Shown here piece by piece: positions 52,661-64,000 of a DNA stretch of 64,000 nt (the stretch's first letter is position 1; each line of letters starts with the position of its first letter). A model generated the notes under the pieces. That model saw only the letters and a program-made list of their open reading frames with translations. It was not told the origin of the DNA and did no database searches. The translations under genes and the position numbers were made by a program. The DNA is taken from NCBI RefSeq assembly GCF_963921235.1, contig NC_086108.1:49292001-49356000 (forward strand). The letters run 5' to 3'. This DNA is from Mobula hypostoma. Taxonomy: Eukaryota.

Positions 52661-54438
52661 CAGTGCAGCTGGAAAGTTTATGAACCCTGTAGAATTTTCT
52701 CTATCTCTACATAAATTTGACTTAAAATGTGATCAGTTATTCACGCAAGTCCTAAAACTAGATAAAGAGAACCAAATTAAATAAATAACACACAACATTA
52801 TACTTGTTCATTTATTTATTGAGAAAAATGATCCAATATTACATGTATTTGTTGGAAAAAGTATGTGAAGTTCTGGGGTAATGCCTTCTACAAAAGGTAT
52901 TTGGAGTCAGATGTTCTAATCAATGTGATGAGATGGGAGGTGTGGGTTGTAGAGGTACCCTGCCCTATAAAAATAGACTCACAAAGTCAGAGCTTGCTCT
53001 TCTCAAGAAAGATCTGCTAATGTGCACCATGTCTCAATTGAAACAACTTTCAGAGGACATTAGAAGAATTGTAGAGATGCATGAAGCTGAAAAATGCTAT
53101 ATAAGCATTTATAAAGACCTGAGTGTTCATCAGTCCACAGTAAGAAAAACTGTCTACAAATGGAGGAAAGTCAGTACTGTTGCTGCTCTTCCTAGGAGTG
53201 AACATCCTGAAAAGATCACACCAAGAGCTCAATGTACAATGCTGAAGGAGCTGAGAAAGAACCCAAGGGTAACAGCAAAAGACCTGCAGAAATCTCTAGA
53301 ACTTGCTAAAGTCTCTGTTCATGTGTCCACTATAAGAAAAACACTGAACAAAAATGATGTTCATGGAACGACACCACGGAGGAAACCACTGCTCACCAAA
53401 AAAAACATTGGTGCATGCCTGAAGTTTGAAAAAGACCACCTGGATGTTCTACAATGCTTCTAGGACAATGTTCTGTGAAAAGATGAAACAAAAGTTGAAC
53501 TTTATGGTAGAAACATTGCTATGTTTGGAGGAAAGAAGTGCTGCACACCAACACCAAAATCTCATCCCAGCTGTGAAGCATGGTGGAAGGAGCATCATAG
53601 TTTAGGGCTGCTTTGCTGCCTCGGGCTGGACAGCTTGCAATTGTTGGGAACAATGATTTCAAAACTGCATCAAGACATTTTATAGAGAATGTCAGGGTAG
53701 CAGTCTGTCACCTGAAGCTTAATAGAAGTTGGATAATGCAACAAGACAATGATCCGAAAGACAAGAGTAAATCAACAACAGAATGGTTTAAAAAAGAAAA
53801 TTCCAGGATGGCTTGCCATCGTTGATGGAACTATGAATTCTGAATTGTACCAGCAAATTCTATAGGAAAATGTCAGGGTATCCATCTGTGAACTGAAGCT
53901 CAAGAGAAAGTGGGTCATGCAGCAAGACAACGACCCTAAGCACTCAAAGTCAGTCTACCAAAGAATGGTTAAAACAGAAGAAAGTCCATGTTTTGGAATA
54001 GCTGAGTCAAAGTCCTGACCTTAATCCTGTAGAAATGTTGTGGAAGGACCTGAAGCAAGCAGTTCATTCAAGGAAGTCCACCAACATCCCAGAATTGAAG
54101 CAGCTTTGTAAGGAAGAATGGCCTAATATTCCTCCAAGCCGATGTGCAGGACTGATCAAGTTACCAGAAATGTTAGCTTGAAGTTATTGCTGTACAAAGG
54201 GGTCACACCAGTTACTGAAAGCAAAGGTTCATATACTTTTTCCAACAAATATATGTAATGTTGGATCATTTTTCTCAATAAATATATCAACAAGTATAAT
54301 GCTTTTTGTGTTATTTATTTAATTGGGTTCTCTTCATCTGGTTTTAAAACTTATGTGAAGATCCAATCACATTTTAGGTCGTATTTAAGGAGAAATAGAG
54401 AAAATTCTGCAGCATTCACAAATTTTCTAGCACCACTG
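52661..54438 (+). mobile_element. Chimeric Tc1 transposon (family B TIRs, family A interior)
   Basis: TIRs of about 210 bp (cagtgcagctggaaagttt ... ttctagcaccactg). Transposase ORF piece at 52933-53463. The QQDNDPK segment occurs twice. Confidence 0.88.
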
Positions 54439-55075
54439 TGTACATAAAAGTACGTGAATGTCATGCATCATTACGCCACCATGTCATAAGTGTGCACCTC
54501 ACTAAAAGTAAAAATGAAGCATACACATATTCCCCGGGCTCCCATCTTTTTATTTCATTTAGTTGTATGCTTTGGAGTTATAAATCATAGCATATTTCAC
54601 TTCACAAAAGTGAATATAAGAAATGACAATGGCAAAAGTTGACAGGATCTTGCAAAAATAAGTTACTAAGCATAATCAACATAACTTCTCAAATCGGGGG
54701 GGGAGGGATCTATTTTGGAAATGCTTATCAAATGATGTTAACAAAACTTGGTTCTTTGAGAAATTCAGAAGAACTGTTTTTCCTTTGAGGGAATTTTTGG
54801 GCATAGTGTCTGAAGTATGAAGTGCTTGTATGAGGTTGGATCTGCAATAAGGATATAAATATCTAACAGTTAGTGGTATTACATCATAGAAGCAGCAGCA
54901 TAAAAATGTTCTCATGAAATCCAGCCCAAATTTAATGACTTCCAGTTCCTAAAGATAAATCCACATAAAAGCAAGAGTAATAGAAGTTAGCATTTGTTAA
55001 TTTAAGACACAAAGCAGCTTCATTATAAGCTCCATTTAAAGAAGTTCTTTTAAGTTTTACTTCAGTATACAGGAC

Positions 55076-55962
55076 TGATATTTGGACCGCTTGATAGTCT
55101 CTAGTTCTTGTCCACTGGCGATGATTTTTGTTGTGATTGGTTCCTCACTTTACCATCAGCTTGGTTTTCACTGTGCTGATCTCCATGCCATATCTGGTAG
55201 ATGTATTGTCCAGGCAGTTCACAAGGCAGACCAATTCATCCCCTCTTCCTGCCAGCACATCAGTGATAATGGCAAACCTGATTATGATCCGGCCTTACTG
55301 TGCCGATTTGGTCTTCCTGGGCATCTGTCATTTTTTGCACCAGGAAAATGTTGAACAGCATGGGTGAAAGGAGGCAGCTTTGTCAGACACCAAATGATGT
55401 GTGGAACCACTCTTCAAGAAGGATCAAAGCCTGAAGTTCTTGCAAGGACAATCCAAGCAACAGCAACACTGGCTCAACTAAAGCTAATCTGGAGAGACGT
55501 TAACATCACTCTCAGATCCAAGTTGAAACTCCAACGTGCACTTGTGTTCTCCATCTTCTCATATGCATGCGAATTATGGACTAGACAGCAGAACTGCAAC
55601 GGAGATCCAGGCAGCAAAAATGGGATGCTTCAGAAGGCTCCTCAGCATCTCCTATACAGACATTGTCTTAAACCATGAAGTACAAAGAACTATCACCCAG
55701 CACACAAGACACTGCAAAGGATTACTATCCACATTAAAGAAGAGGAAATTGAGATGGTATGGCCACATAACAAGATCAAGTGGACTCTCAAAGATCAGTC
55801 TGCAGGGAATGATGCAAGGGAAATAAAAAGGGGCAGACAGCATTGCAGAGCGGACCAGACACAACTTTGCCATAACCCAAGCACTTGCTCTGAACAGTGA
55901 GAGGTGGAGACTCATTCATACAGCGCCCCTACGAACCAGGCAGTTTGCGGGATCTGTAGCCA
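55076..55962 (+). mobile_element. RTE-clade LINE 3' part with a 5' inversion
   Basis: Plus strand from about 55410: EGSKPEVLAR...LVFSIFSYACE.WT...KLRWYGHITR. Minus strand about 55076-55410: YGMEISTVKTKLM. TSD TATACAGGAC at 55066-55075 and 55963-55972. Confidence 0.8.
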
Positions 55963-55972
55963 TATACAGGAC

Positions 55973-58485
55973 ATAAGGTGTTATATTTGAATGCACACAG
56001 TTTATGGAATAAAGTAGATGATCTTGTCCTGGGGTTAGAAATGGTAGGTATGATGTGCGCATTACTAGTTGTATCTGACAGATCACAGTTGGGAGTTTAA
56101 CGTGCAAGGATAAACATGGTAGTGAAAGAACAGGCAGGTGGACAGAGGGATTGGAGGTTGTATAATAAACCAAATTTGATAAGGAAACTTAAGGTAAAGG
56201 AACCCTTCGGTGAAGCAATTATAACATAGATTTCACCCTGCAGTTTGTGTGTGTGTGAGAGAGAGAGAAAGACTGACTAAAGTCAGATGTATCAATATTA
56301 CAGTAGAGTAAAAGGAATTACAGAGGCATGAGAAAGAAGCTGGCCAAAGTTGATTGGAAGAGGACACCAGCAGGGATGACAGCAGAGCGGGAAATGCTGG
56401 AGTTCCTGGGAGACCTTCAGAAGGTGCAGGAGAGGTTCATCCTAGAAGTCGTATTCTAAAAGGAGGATGTGGCAACCGCAGCTGACAAGGAAAGTAAAAG
56501 GTAGCATAAAAGCAACAAAGAAGACGTATAATACAGCAAAAATAAGTGAGATGCTAGAGGATTGGGAAACTTTTAAAAACCAACAGAAGGTAAATAAAAA
56601 GCAAAAGGAGAGAAAAGATGAAATATGAAGGTAAGCTAGTAATATAAATATGAAGGTAATATGAAAGAGGATATCAAAAGAATTTTTTTCAGATATATAA
56701 AGAGTAAAAGAGGCAAGAGAAGATGTCAGACTGCTGGAAAATGATGCTGGAGAGGTAGTAGTGAAGAGAAAGAAATGGTCAAACTCTAAATATTTTACCT
56801 CAGTCTTCACTGTGGAAGACACCAGCATTATGCCAGAAATTTGAGTGTGTCAGGGGGTAGAAGGACTGTGTCGCTGTTACTGAGAAGGTGCTTGGGAAGC
56901 TGAAAGGTCTGAAGGTGGACAAGTCAGCTAGACCAGGTGGACTACACATTGGTGTTAAAGAGATTGTGTAAGCATTAGTAGGGATTCTTCATGAATCACC
57001 AGATTCTGGAATAGTTCTAAAGGACTAGAAAATTGCAAATGTCATTCCACTCTTTAAGAAGGGAGAGGGGCAAAAGACATGGAATTTTTAGAAACTTAGC
57101 CTGACTTCTATGTTTAGGAAGATGTTGGAGTTCCTTTATTAAGGATCAGGCTTCAGAATACTTGGAGGCACATGATAAAATAGAACAAAGTCAGCATGAT
57201 TTCCTTTTGGGAATATCTTGCCCGATATGTGTTGGAATTCTTTGAGGAAATAACAAGAAGGATAGACAATGGAGAGTCATTGGATGTTGTTTACTTGGAG
57301 TTTCAAAAGGCCTTTGACAGAGTGCCACATATGGCGCTGCTAAACAAGAGCCCATGGTATTATAGGAAAGATACTAGTATGGATAGAAGACTGGCAGGCG
57401 GCAAAATGTGGGAATAAAGGGGGCCTTTTCTGGTTGGTTGCCAGTGACTAGTAGTGTTCTGCAGGGGTCTGTTGGGACTGCTTCTTTTCATGTTATATAT
57501 CAGTGACCTGGATGACAGAATTAATGGCTTTGTGGCAAAGTTTGGGGATGATACAAAGAGGTGGAGTGGCCCATGGTGTTGTGGAAGCAGGGGTCTGCAG
57601 AAGAACTTGGGCAGATTAGACAAATGGGCAAAGATGTGATAATGTAGGGAAGTGTTTGGTTGTGCACTTTAGTAAAAGGAATAAAGTTGTAAACTATTTT
57701 CTAAAATTTAGATATCAGAGGGGCAAAGGGACTTGGGAGTGCTCATGCAGGATTCCCTAAAGGTTAACTTGCAAGTTGAGTCTTTGGCAAAGGAAGGCAA
57801 ATGCAATGTTAGCTTTCATTTCGAGAGGACCAGTACATAAAAGCAAGGATGTAATGAGACTTTATAAGGCATTTATTTGTTAGACCACACTTGGGGTATT
57901 GTGAGCAGTGTTGGGTCTCTTATCTAAGAAATGGGTGGCAGCATAGAGATACATCTCTACCAAAGGAGATGTAAGGTGCTCCTCCCCTTCATGGGCCTGC
58001 CCTTGGGCAAGGTTTAGCACCTGTTTAGCCCCCTGAGCAGGGTAACATGAAGCCATGGGAGCAGGTGGTGGATGGTCATATGAGCATCTGGTGCATATCA
58101 CAAGTCCTGGTTAAGCGACCACTGTGGCCAGGCAGAGAATCTCTGAAGAGTATTGGTAATGGCTAGGTTCACTGGTCTTGGTAAAGGCACGGCCTGGAAG
58201 AAGGCAAAGGCAAACTACTTCTATAGAAAAATTTGCCAAGAACAATCATGGTCTTGGATAAAGAAGTAAGACCATGATCGCCCAGATCATACAACACAGC
58301 ACCTAATGATGATGTAGCTAAGAAAGGATGTGCTGGCATTGGAGAGGGTTCAGAGGAGGTTCACAAGGATGATCCTTGGAATGAAAGGGTTAACATATGA
58401 GAAGGACTTTAATGGCTCTGTGCCTGTGCTGGCTGGAGTTCAGAAAGATGAAGGTGATATTATTGAAACCAATCGAATATTGAAA
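55973..58485 (+). mobile_element. Decayed CR1 ORF2
   Basis: LYLNAHSLWNKVD; VVYLEFQKAFDRVPH; VAKFGDDTK; ALERVQRRFTRMI. Confidence 0.85.
57932..58317 (+). mobile_element. Short non-autonomous retroelement with an RTE-like 3' end, inserted in CR1
   Basis: gaaggcaaaggcaaactac motif resembles RTE/BovB-type 3' ends; (atg)n tail; ctaagaaa repeats at 57924-57931 and 58318-58325. Confidence 0.65.
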
Positions 58486-60056
58486 CTTGTGAGATCCTGT
58501 ACCACACCTCAGGGGTTTGATAGTAATGGAAGAAACAAACTGACTATTTAGTGATCTTTGCTTTCACAAAATGCAGGCTGTTGTGTATTTGCACTGTTTG
58601 TTCCAAGTGACCCAGGGTTGGCCGAATTGCATTTTGTCTTTAAAGCGTATCACATCAATTTCCTAAACATATATATAAATGCCATGCTAACAGAAGGATT
58701 AAAATTGACTTTCATCATTAAAGATTGTAGTATCCTTTTATCTGGTTCAGATTTGTTTCTACAGCATATGACGCTTAGCTTTTAAAAACTTCTCATGAGT
58801 GCTTCCATATTTCTCCCACCCTACGCTTATTTAATTCTTTCAACAAGTCATGCATTTTTTCTTCAGACCTGCTCTACACAATTCTTAACCAAAACTCCAG
58901 CGAATGATTTCTACCTTTTAAGTTCTTCAGGTATTCTGCATTATCACTAGTGTTCAACCTCATTGAGCTGATTTGAAAAATTCTTCAATAAAAATGGTCT
59001 TATTTCACTGCCTTGCATTACCTGTACCACTCATTATCACACCATGACAGTCTATAACTGGATTCAGAGTAGACTTTGATGGCACTGAACGCAAGCTTTC
59101 AGTTCTATAGAGGAAATTCCATTTATTCAGCTGTCCACAAAAGTATATAATACTGGAAATGACATCTGAAAAGAAATGAGTTAGCGTTTTTGGTCAGTGT
59201 ACTTTTATTATACTGGGAAAAAATTACGGGTTGAATGGAAGAAATTACAAAAAGACAGGTTTCTGTTACTTAGGGAGTGCAGAAGTAATTAGGGGTCTAA
59301 AAAGGTGACAGTACACAGTGAAAGTGGTAATTATACAGTTAAATAAAGAGGTTTGGAGGAAGCATACATAGAATTAGCTTATAAATGGAACATTTATCTG
59401 AAATTACTAAATGCTGAGCTGGTTGCCATCGTCAAAAGATGAAATGGTGTTCATCAAACTTCCCAAGTGTCTCCATATTTAACACAATGTTGTTTTTGCA
59501 GCCGTTATAAATCAAAAGGCAAATCAGTTAATTGATGAGTATTTTCAAACCAGAATATACTTCCCTCTATAGCAGTATTCATAAAAGTCTTCATGTATTT
59601 TGTTAATTGCTACTTGAATATATACAGGGAGCCACTGCCAAATAAATTTCTCTTTCGGGAGTTATCTTGAAGCTGGAGAGTTAGGATAAGAATGGAAAGG
59701 AAGAAAAGACAACCTCTTATTTTTGAGAGCTCTGGTCCAAAGTGTGGTTTCATATTTTTGTGACAAGCAGGGAAAGTAGAAAGAGTACAACAATGTGTAA
59801 CAAGTTGGACATTACACACATGAAAAAGGGAAAAAGATGGGAAAGGTGCGTGTAAGATTTTGCTGATCATTTTAGTAGGTAAAGACATTGCTCTAACTAT
59901 TACTTATGACTCAGTATGTTTTTTTTAAAAAGGGTAATCAATGAAAGAAAAATGTAGTAGTTGATTAGTGTTACAATAAGACACATATGAAAGAAACATA
60001 CTCTGAGCAAATTCATGGGAGATTATCTAGAATGGGTTTTATTAGAGTAGCTAGAG

Positions 60057-62352
60057 TAGTGGTCACCAACCTTTTAAAGCCCAAGATCCCCTATCTCAAC
60101 CTAAGTGAAAGGCAAGATCTACCTACTAAATCGTTTAGAGAAAAAACAGCTCAGATTGTACTTCCAATTTGAGGCCTTTTATTTGGGCTAATTGTATTTG
60201 AATTACACAAAATACTTTTGTCAAACTTTCAAATTATTTCAAACAAGAAAACACTGTAACTATCATATCAAACAGGCCATAGCTGTCTGTCTTTCTGTCT
60301 TTATTTAATTTTATTCCAACACGAAAAATAAATGAATAAAAATTAACTGTTGCACTCAGTGTAATGACTGGGGCTGAATACTTCCTGCTAGTTCCTGAAA
60401 CTTGGCTGATAACTACAGACAGCCAGTCTCAGACGGTCTGTGAGGTGTAGGGTTGTCAACTGTCCCGTATTTGCCGGGACATCCCGTATATTGGGCTAAA
60501 TTGGTTTGTCCCATATGGGACTGCCCTTGTCCCGTATTTCCCCCGCTAAGGTAGTGCGTTCCTATGAAATCATTCGTGCCGAAATGGCGTAAAGCGAAGA
60601 AGCAATTACCATTAATTTCTATGGGAAAAATTTTTGAGCGTTCCCAGACCCAAAAAGAATAACCTACCAAATCATACCAAATAACACATAAAACCTAAAA
60701 TAACACTAACATATAGTAAAAGCAGGAATTATATGATAAATACACAGCCTAAATAAAGTAGAAATAATGAAGATTAAGCCAATTCGTGCGGGAAAAAAAT
60801 CGGCACATACGCGCATGCGCAAACAGGTGCCCGTGCAAGGCTTCATGGTCATGGTAGTCTTTCGTGGGGTAAACACAAGTGTCCCGGGATTTGACTGCTA
60901 CTTTTGTCCCTTATTTGGGAGTGAGAAAGTTGGCAATCCTAGTGAGATGTCTGTCAGTAAGTCAGCTCCTGCACTTAGATTTAATAATTTTCATCTGTGA
61001 AAATGCAATTTCACATAGATAAGTTGACCCGAAGTAGGCACTGACTTTTAGTGCTATAAAACCAATGCGCACACCGCGCATTGCTGGGGCCCCATCAGTA
61101 GTAATTGCCACCAATTTATGAATGGGGATGTCATTTTCACAGACATTTTTAAAACTCATTGTAAATATCCTCACCTGTCGTTCTCTCGTTTAATTGCAAA
61201 AGAGTAAGGAAGTCCTCCTTTGTTGTAAAATCCTGGAAGCCATTCTGACAAATACAACAAGCTGAGCTGTTTGCATTACATCCAGGGATTCATTGAACTG
61301 TAGTGAAAAATATTAATGGCCTCTGACAGTGACTCTACCCTCCTTGGCACTGTTGCAGGGCCAAGCGGTATATTATGTATTGCGGTTATGATGTCGTTTT
61401 TGTTTTTAAAGTCATTAAAAACAGTCTCTGCGGTAATGGCCATTGCTTCCTCGAATAAATCGCCATCTGTAGAAGGCTACTTGTGTTTAGCCGAAAGGTG
61501 ACTTACACGAAATGATGCTTCAAATAGCAGCCTTATTTTGAGCAGCATGTTTTGTGAAAAACGATTGCTGGGCCTTCAACTCCGATTTCAGCTCCTCAAC
61601 TTTCCTGGCACGAATTGCGCTCTTTGGGGGGTAGGTGTCTTTAAATTTCTTGTGGTCGGTGTTGTGGTGCCGCTCCAGATTCCCTCTTTTAGTCAGTGCT
61701 TGTGTTTGGTGGCACAACATACATACACACTTGTCTTTCACCAAGGTAAATAGATATTCCTCTTCCCATTCTGGATGGAATTTGTACGTTTTCGCCTTTT
61801 TTCGTGGAGCCTCCACCATGCTATCAGGATATCAGGAGTGATTGCCGATTGTGTTGCCTCTGATCTGGGCCAACATTTACGCGCCGGCGGCACCCTAATT
61901 AATTAGTTGGTTTATTTCGGCTTTTTTTTCTTAAAGATTTGCTGGGTGCATTCCGACTACCGCTGCACCACTGCATGCTTCGCAGCCCGGAGGTTGGGGA
62001 CCACTGCCATATATCGATGTTTGTGACAGTCTGTACTCTAATCTAATTGGTCACTTTGATGCAGCACAAGCTACGCTGAAAACGCGGTGCATGGCGGGGC
62101 AACTACACTCATGTGCACTGGGCAGAAAGAACGGAACTAAAACTCCACAACCTGGAAACAATCTCTCTTTACAAACAGAGTTCAACAGCAAAAGTATTGC
62201 TATATTACCATTATCCTAATTAGTATTACTTACTTTTATAACACTCACATTACAATAGTATTTGTGCATTTATTTTTGATTTTTTTCGGGATCTACTGGG
62301 AAAGTCTCAAAGATCGACTGGTCGATTGTGATCAACGGGTTAGCAACCCCTA
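60057..62352 (-). mobile_element. hAT (Charlie/Buster/SPIN-like) DNA transposon, internally deleted
   Basis: BED-finger N-terminus (FHPEWEEEYLF...CVCMLC...NLERHH), AITTDGAPAM, FGSTYLCEIAFSQMKIIKSK. Ends TAGTGGTCACCAACC / GGTTAGCAACCCCTA with an imperfect 8-bp TSD (agctagag / tgttagag). Confidence 0.85.
60448..60941. mobile_element. hAT (Tip100-like) MITE nested in the hAT transposase
   Basis: TIRs TAGGGTTGTCAAC / GTTGGCAATCCTA. 8-bp TSD gtgaggtg (60440-60447) / gtgagatg (60942-60949). Repeated gtccc subterminal motifs. Confidence 0.85.
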
Positions 62353-63551
62353 TGTTAGAGCTTTCTTGTTAATGACCAACAACTGCATGCATATGTTAAC
62401 AATGAAAAGAAGTCATTATTTCAAAGGGAATTTGAAAGTAATTTACGAAGTATGGAAACACTGTTCATATCCAGATGGAATAATCAATATCTACACAGCA
62501 TGGCCACTCAGACAGGAAGGAAGTCGATGGCCAGTTAACCTATTTATTGGCGGCATTGATTAAGAGTGAAGTGGTTCAAATACCGAGGCAGGGGAAGCTC
62601 CTAGCTTCTCCTTTCATGCTATGTGATCATTCATGTGCCCTTGACCAACCTTTGTGTCTCACTTGCAAGTCAGTTTCGCATCCAGTGCAGCATTGCCTGG
62701 TTTTATAGTTTCAAGTTTTGCAACTGGAATGTGTCTCGATGGTAGTCCTGAAGATATGTTCACTATTTATATCATTTAGGGACTGTAATTTACAGTGTGT
62801 GCAGCTTAACCTAATGTCAGATGTAGGATTAATTTTAGTCTTCCCTAATGCATTGGGTTTTAACCAAGCACTCTGACAGAAAGTTGTCCTTTTGCCAATT
62901 CATAAGTTTCAGAATTAGTTCTGAATGGCTGTAAAAAATTTTTTTGCTACATCAGAATAGTATTTTTAAGTGATACCAATTTTCTCTGAATCTGATTTCA
63001 TATTATAGAAGCAGTACAAGTTTATCTGATAGCATTTGTCATAGATTTGCCACTGTTTATTCTTGTTAAGTTTTCCATGTGTCTTATAGTTATGACCTTT
63101 TCATAATGAATTCCAATGATAATTATAAAGGCCATTAAAATGTTTTGAACCTGCAATGTTTCAAGAGGCTTTTCTAGATAATTACAATTTTACTTCAAAT
63201 TTTCGTTCATTTTTTAACATGAATTGCACTGGTAGAATTTCAGTTCAGTCAAATTCATAGGTGCACGGTTCTATTAACAGTAAAGAGCCAACACCAGATT
63301 TTTAGGCAGGCACTCTCCTTGCAGTAATGTTAAAAGATACCAGAAGTAGATTCTTGATTGGTCTAGGGGCTATTTTCTAGGATAATCTCTGCTCTCTATG
63401 GCAGGTATGGGACCCAGAGTATGTGCTTCTGTTTTGTGAATGGTAGATTTGTTTTTTTTTAGATATATTTATGAAATGTTTCTGCCTTGCATGTTCATGG
63501 ATGAAATTAATGTGAGTCAGATGTTATACTTGGTACAAGCTATCTTCCTTC

Positions 63552-64000
63552 CTTTTTAAACCTTTTTATTAATTTTCAAAATTATAAACTCAATAACAAA
63601 GTTGGTACGAAGAGATTGGAATAATCTTAATTAGCATATACAAAAAGCATTTCAAGTAACATAGATATAATAAACTACCAAACATAATGAAATTAGTCAT
63701 AAAAAAGAAATAAAAAGAAAAAATATATATAAACAAAGAAAAATCCCCAAAAGAAAAAGGAAAAAAAAACAGAACAAAACAGGGCTAGACCAATATCTTG
63801 AATCAGACACGTTCAGTAATGTCGTCAACTCTGCTCCTCTAATCATATAATTTAAGTTTAAAAAAAAGATTCGGAAAGGTCAGATTACATCATACAAAAA
63901 TGTTGCATAAAAGGTTTCCAAGTTTCCAATTTAACCGAAGGGTCAAAAATATCACTTCTAATTTTTTCTAAATTTAAGCTTAATATAGTTTGAGAAAATC
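63552..64000 (-). mobile_element. 3' end of a second, different L1 family; runs off the window
   Basis: Minus strand LNLEKIRSDIFDPSVKLETWKPFMQHFCMM*, homologous to the C-terminus at 30078-30242. T-rich 3' UTR and AATAAA. Confidence 0.8.

Larger units (their letters stand above)
48910..54592 (+). mobile_element. Ty3/Gypsy LTR retrotransposon remnant (pol fragments + 3' LTR) with four nested insertions
   Basis: GREWLRQLKLDW (end of protease), RT CYLDDIILTG, RNase H CDASPYG...ERPIAFAS. Purine tract near 52560-52572, then a putative LTR about 52576-54592 interrupted by a Tc1. Confidence 0.75.

Noticed and set aside
61520..61819. Domesticated GTF2IRD2/ZBED-like host gene
   Set aside because: It has stops, a large deletion, a MITE insertion and flanking TIRs, so it is a dead hAT transposon.
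1..64000. CRISPR arrays, rRNA, prokaryotic operons and most short ORFs in the track
   Set aside because: None seen. The DNA is eukaryotic and intronic, and the short ORFs are TE fragments, their antisense frames or chance.

Overview
Eukaryotic, AT-rich vertebrate intronic DNA. The repeat families look like those of a cartilaginous fish such as a ray; this is an inference from repeat style only. The only host-gene sequence I can support is one 305-bp coding exon of laminin gamma-1 (LAMC1, LN domain, 29046-29350, + strand). The rest is mostly transposable elements, often nested: CR1-type, Rex1/Babar and RTE LINEs, Penelope-like elements (PLEs), a Gypsy remnant, Tc1, Tigger-like, hAT and PIF/Harbinger DNA transposons, and tRNA-derived SINEs. 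Main highlights: (1) minimal hammerhead-ribozyme motifs in PLE termini, including a 115-bp ribozyme-bearing insertion with its own 14-bp target site duplication (TSD); (2) a young full-length antisense L1 about 370 bp after the exon, with intact ORF1, an ORF2 broken by one nonsense codon, and an inverted copy of its 5' motif in the inter-ORF spacer; (3) a chimeric Tc1 made from two families; (4) a 5'-inverted RTE insertion; (5) DNA transposons carrying pieces of each other. Boundaries of decayed elements are approximate. No database searches or folding computations were run.
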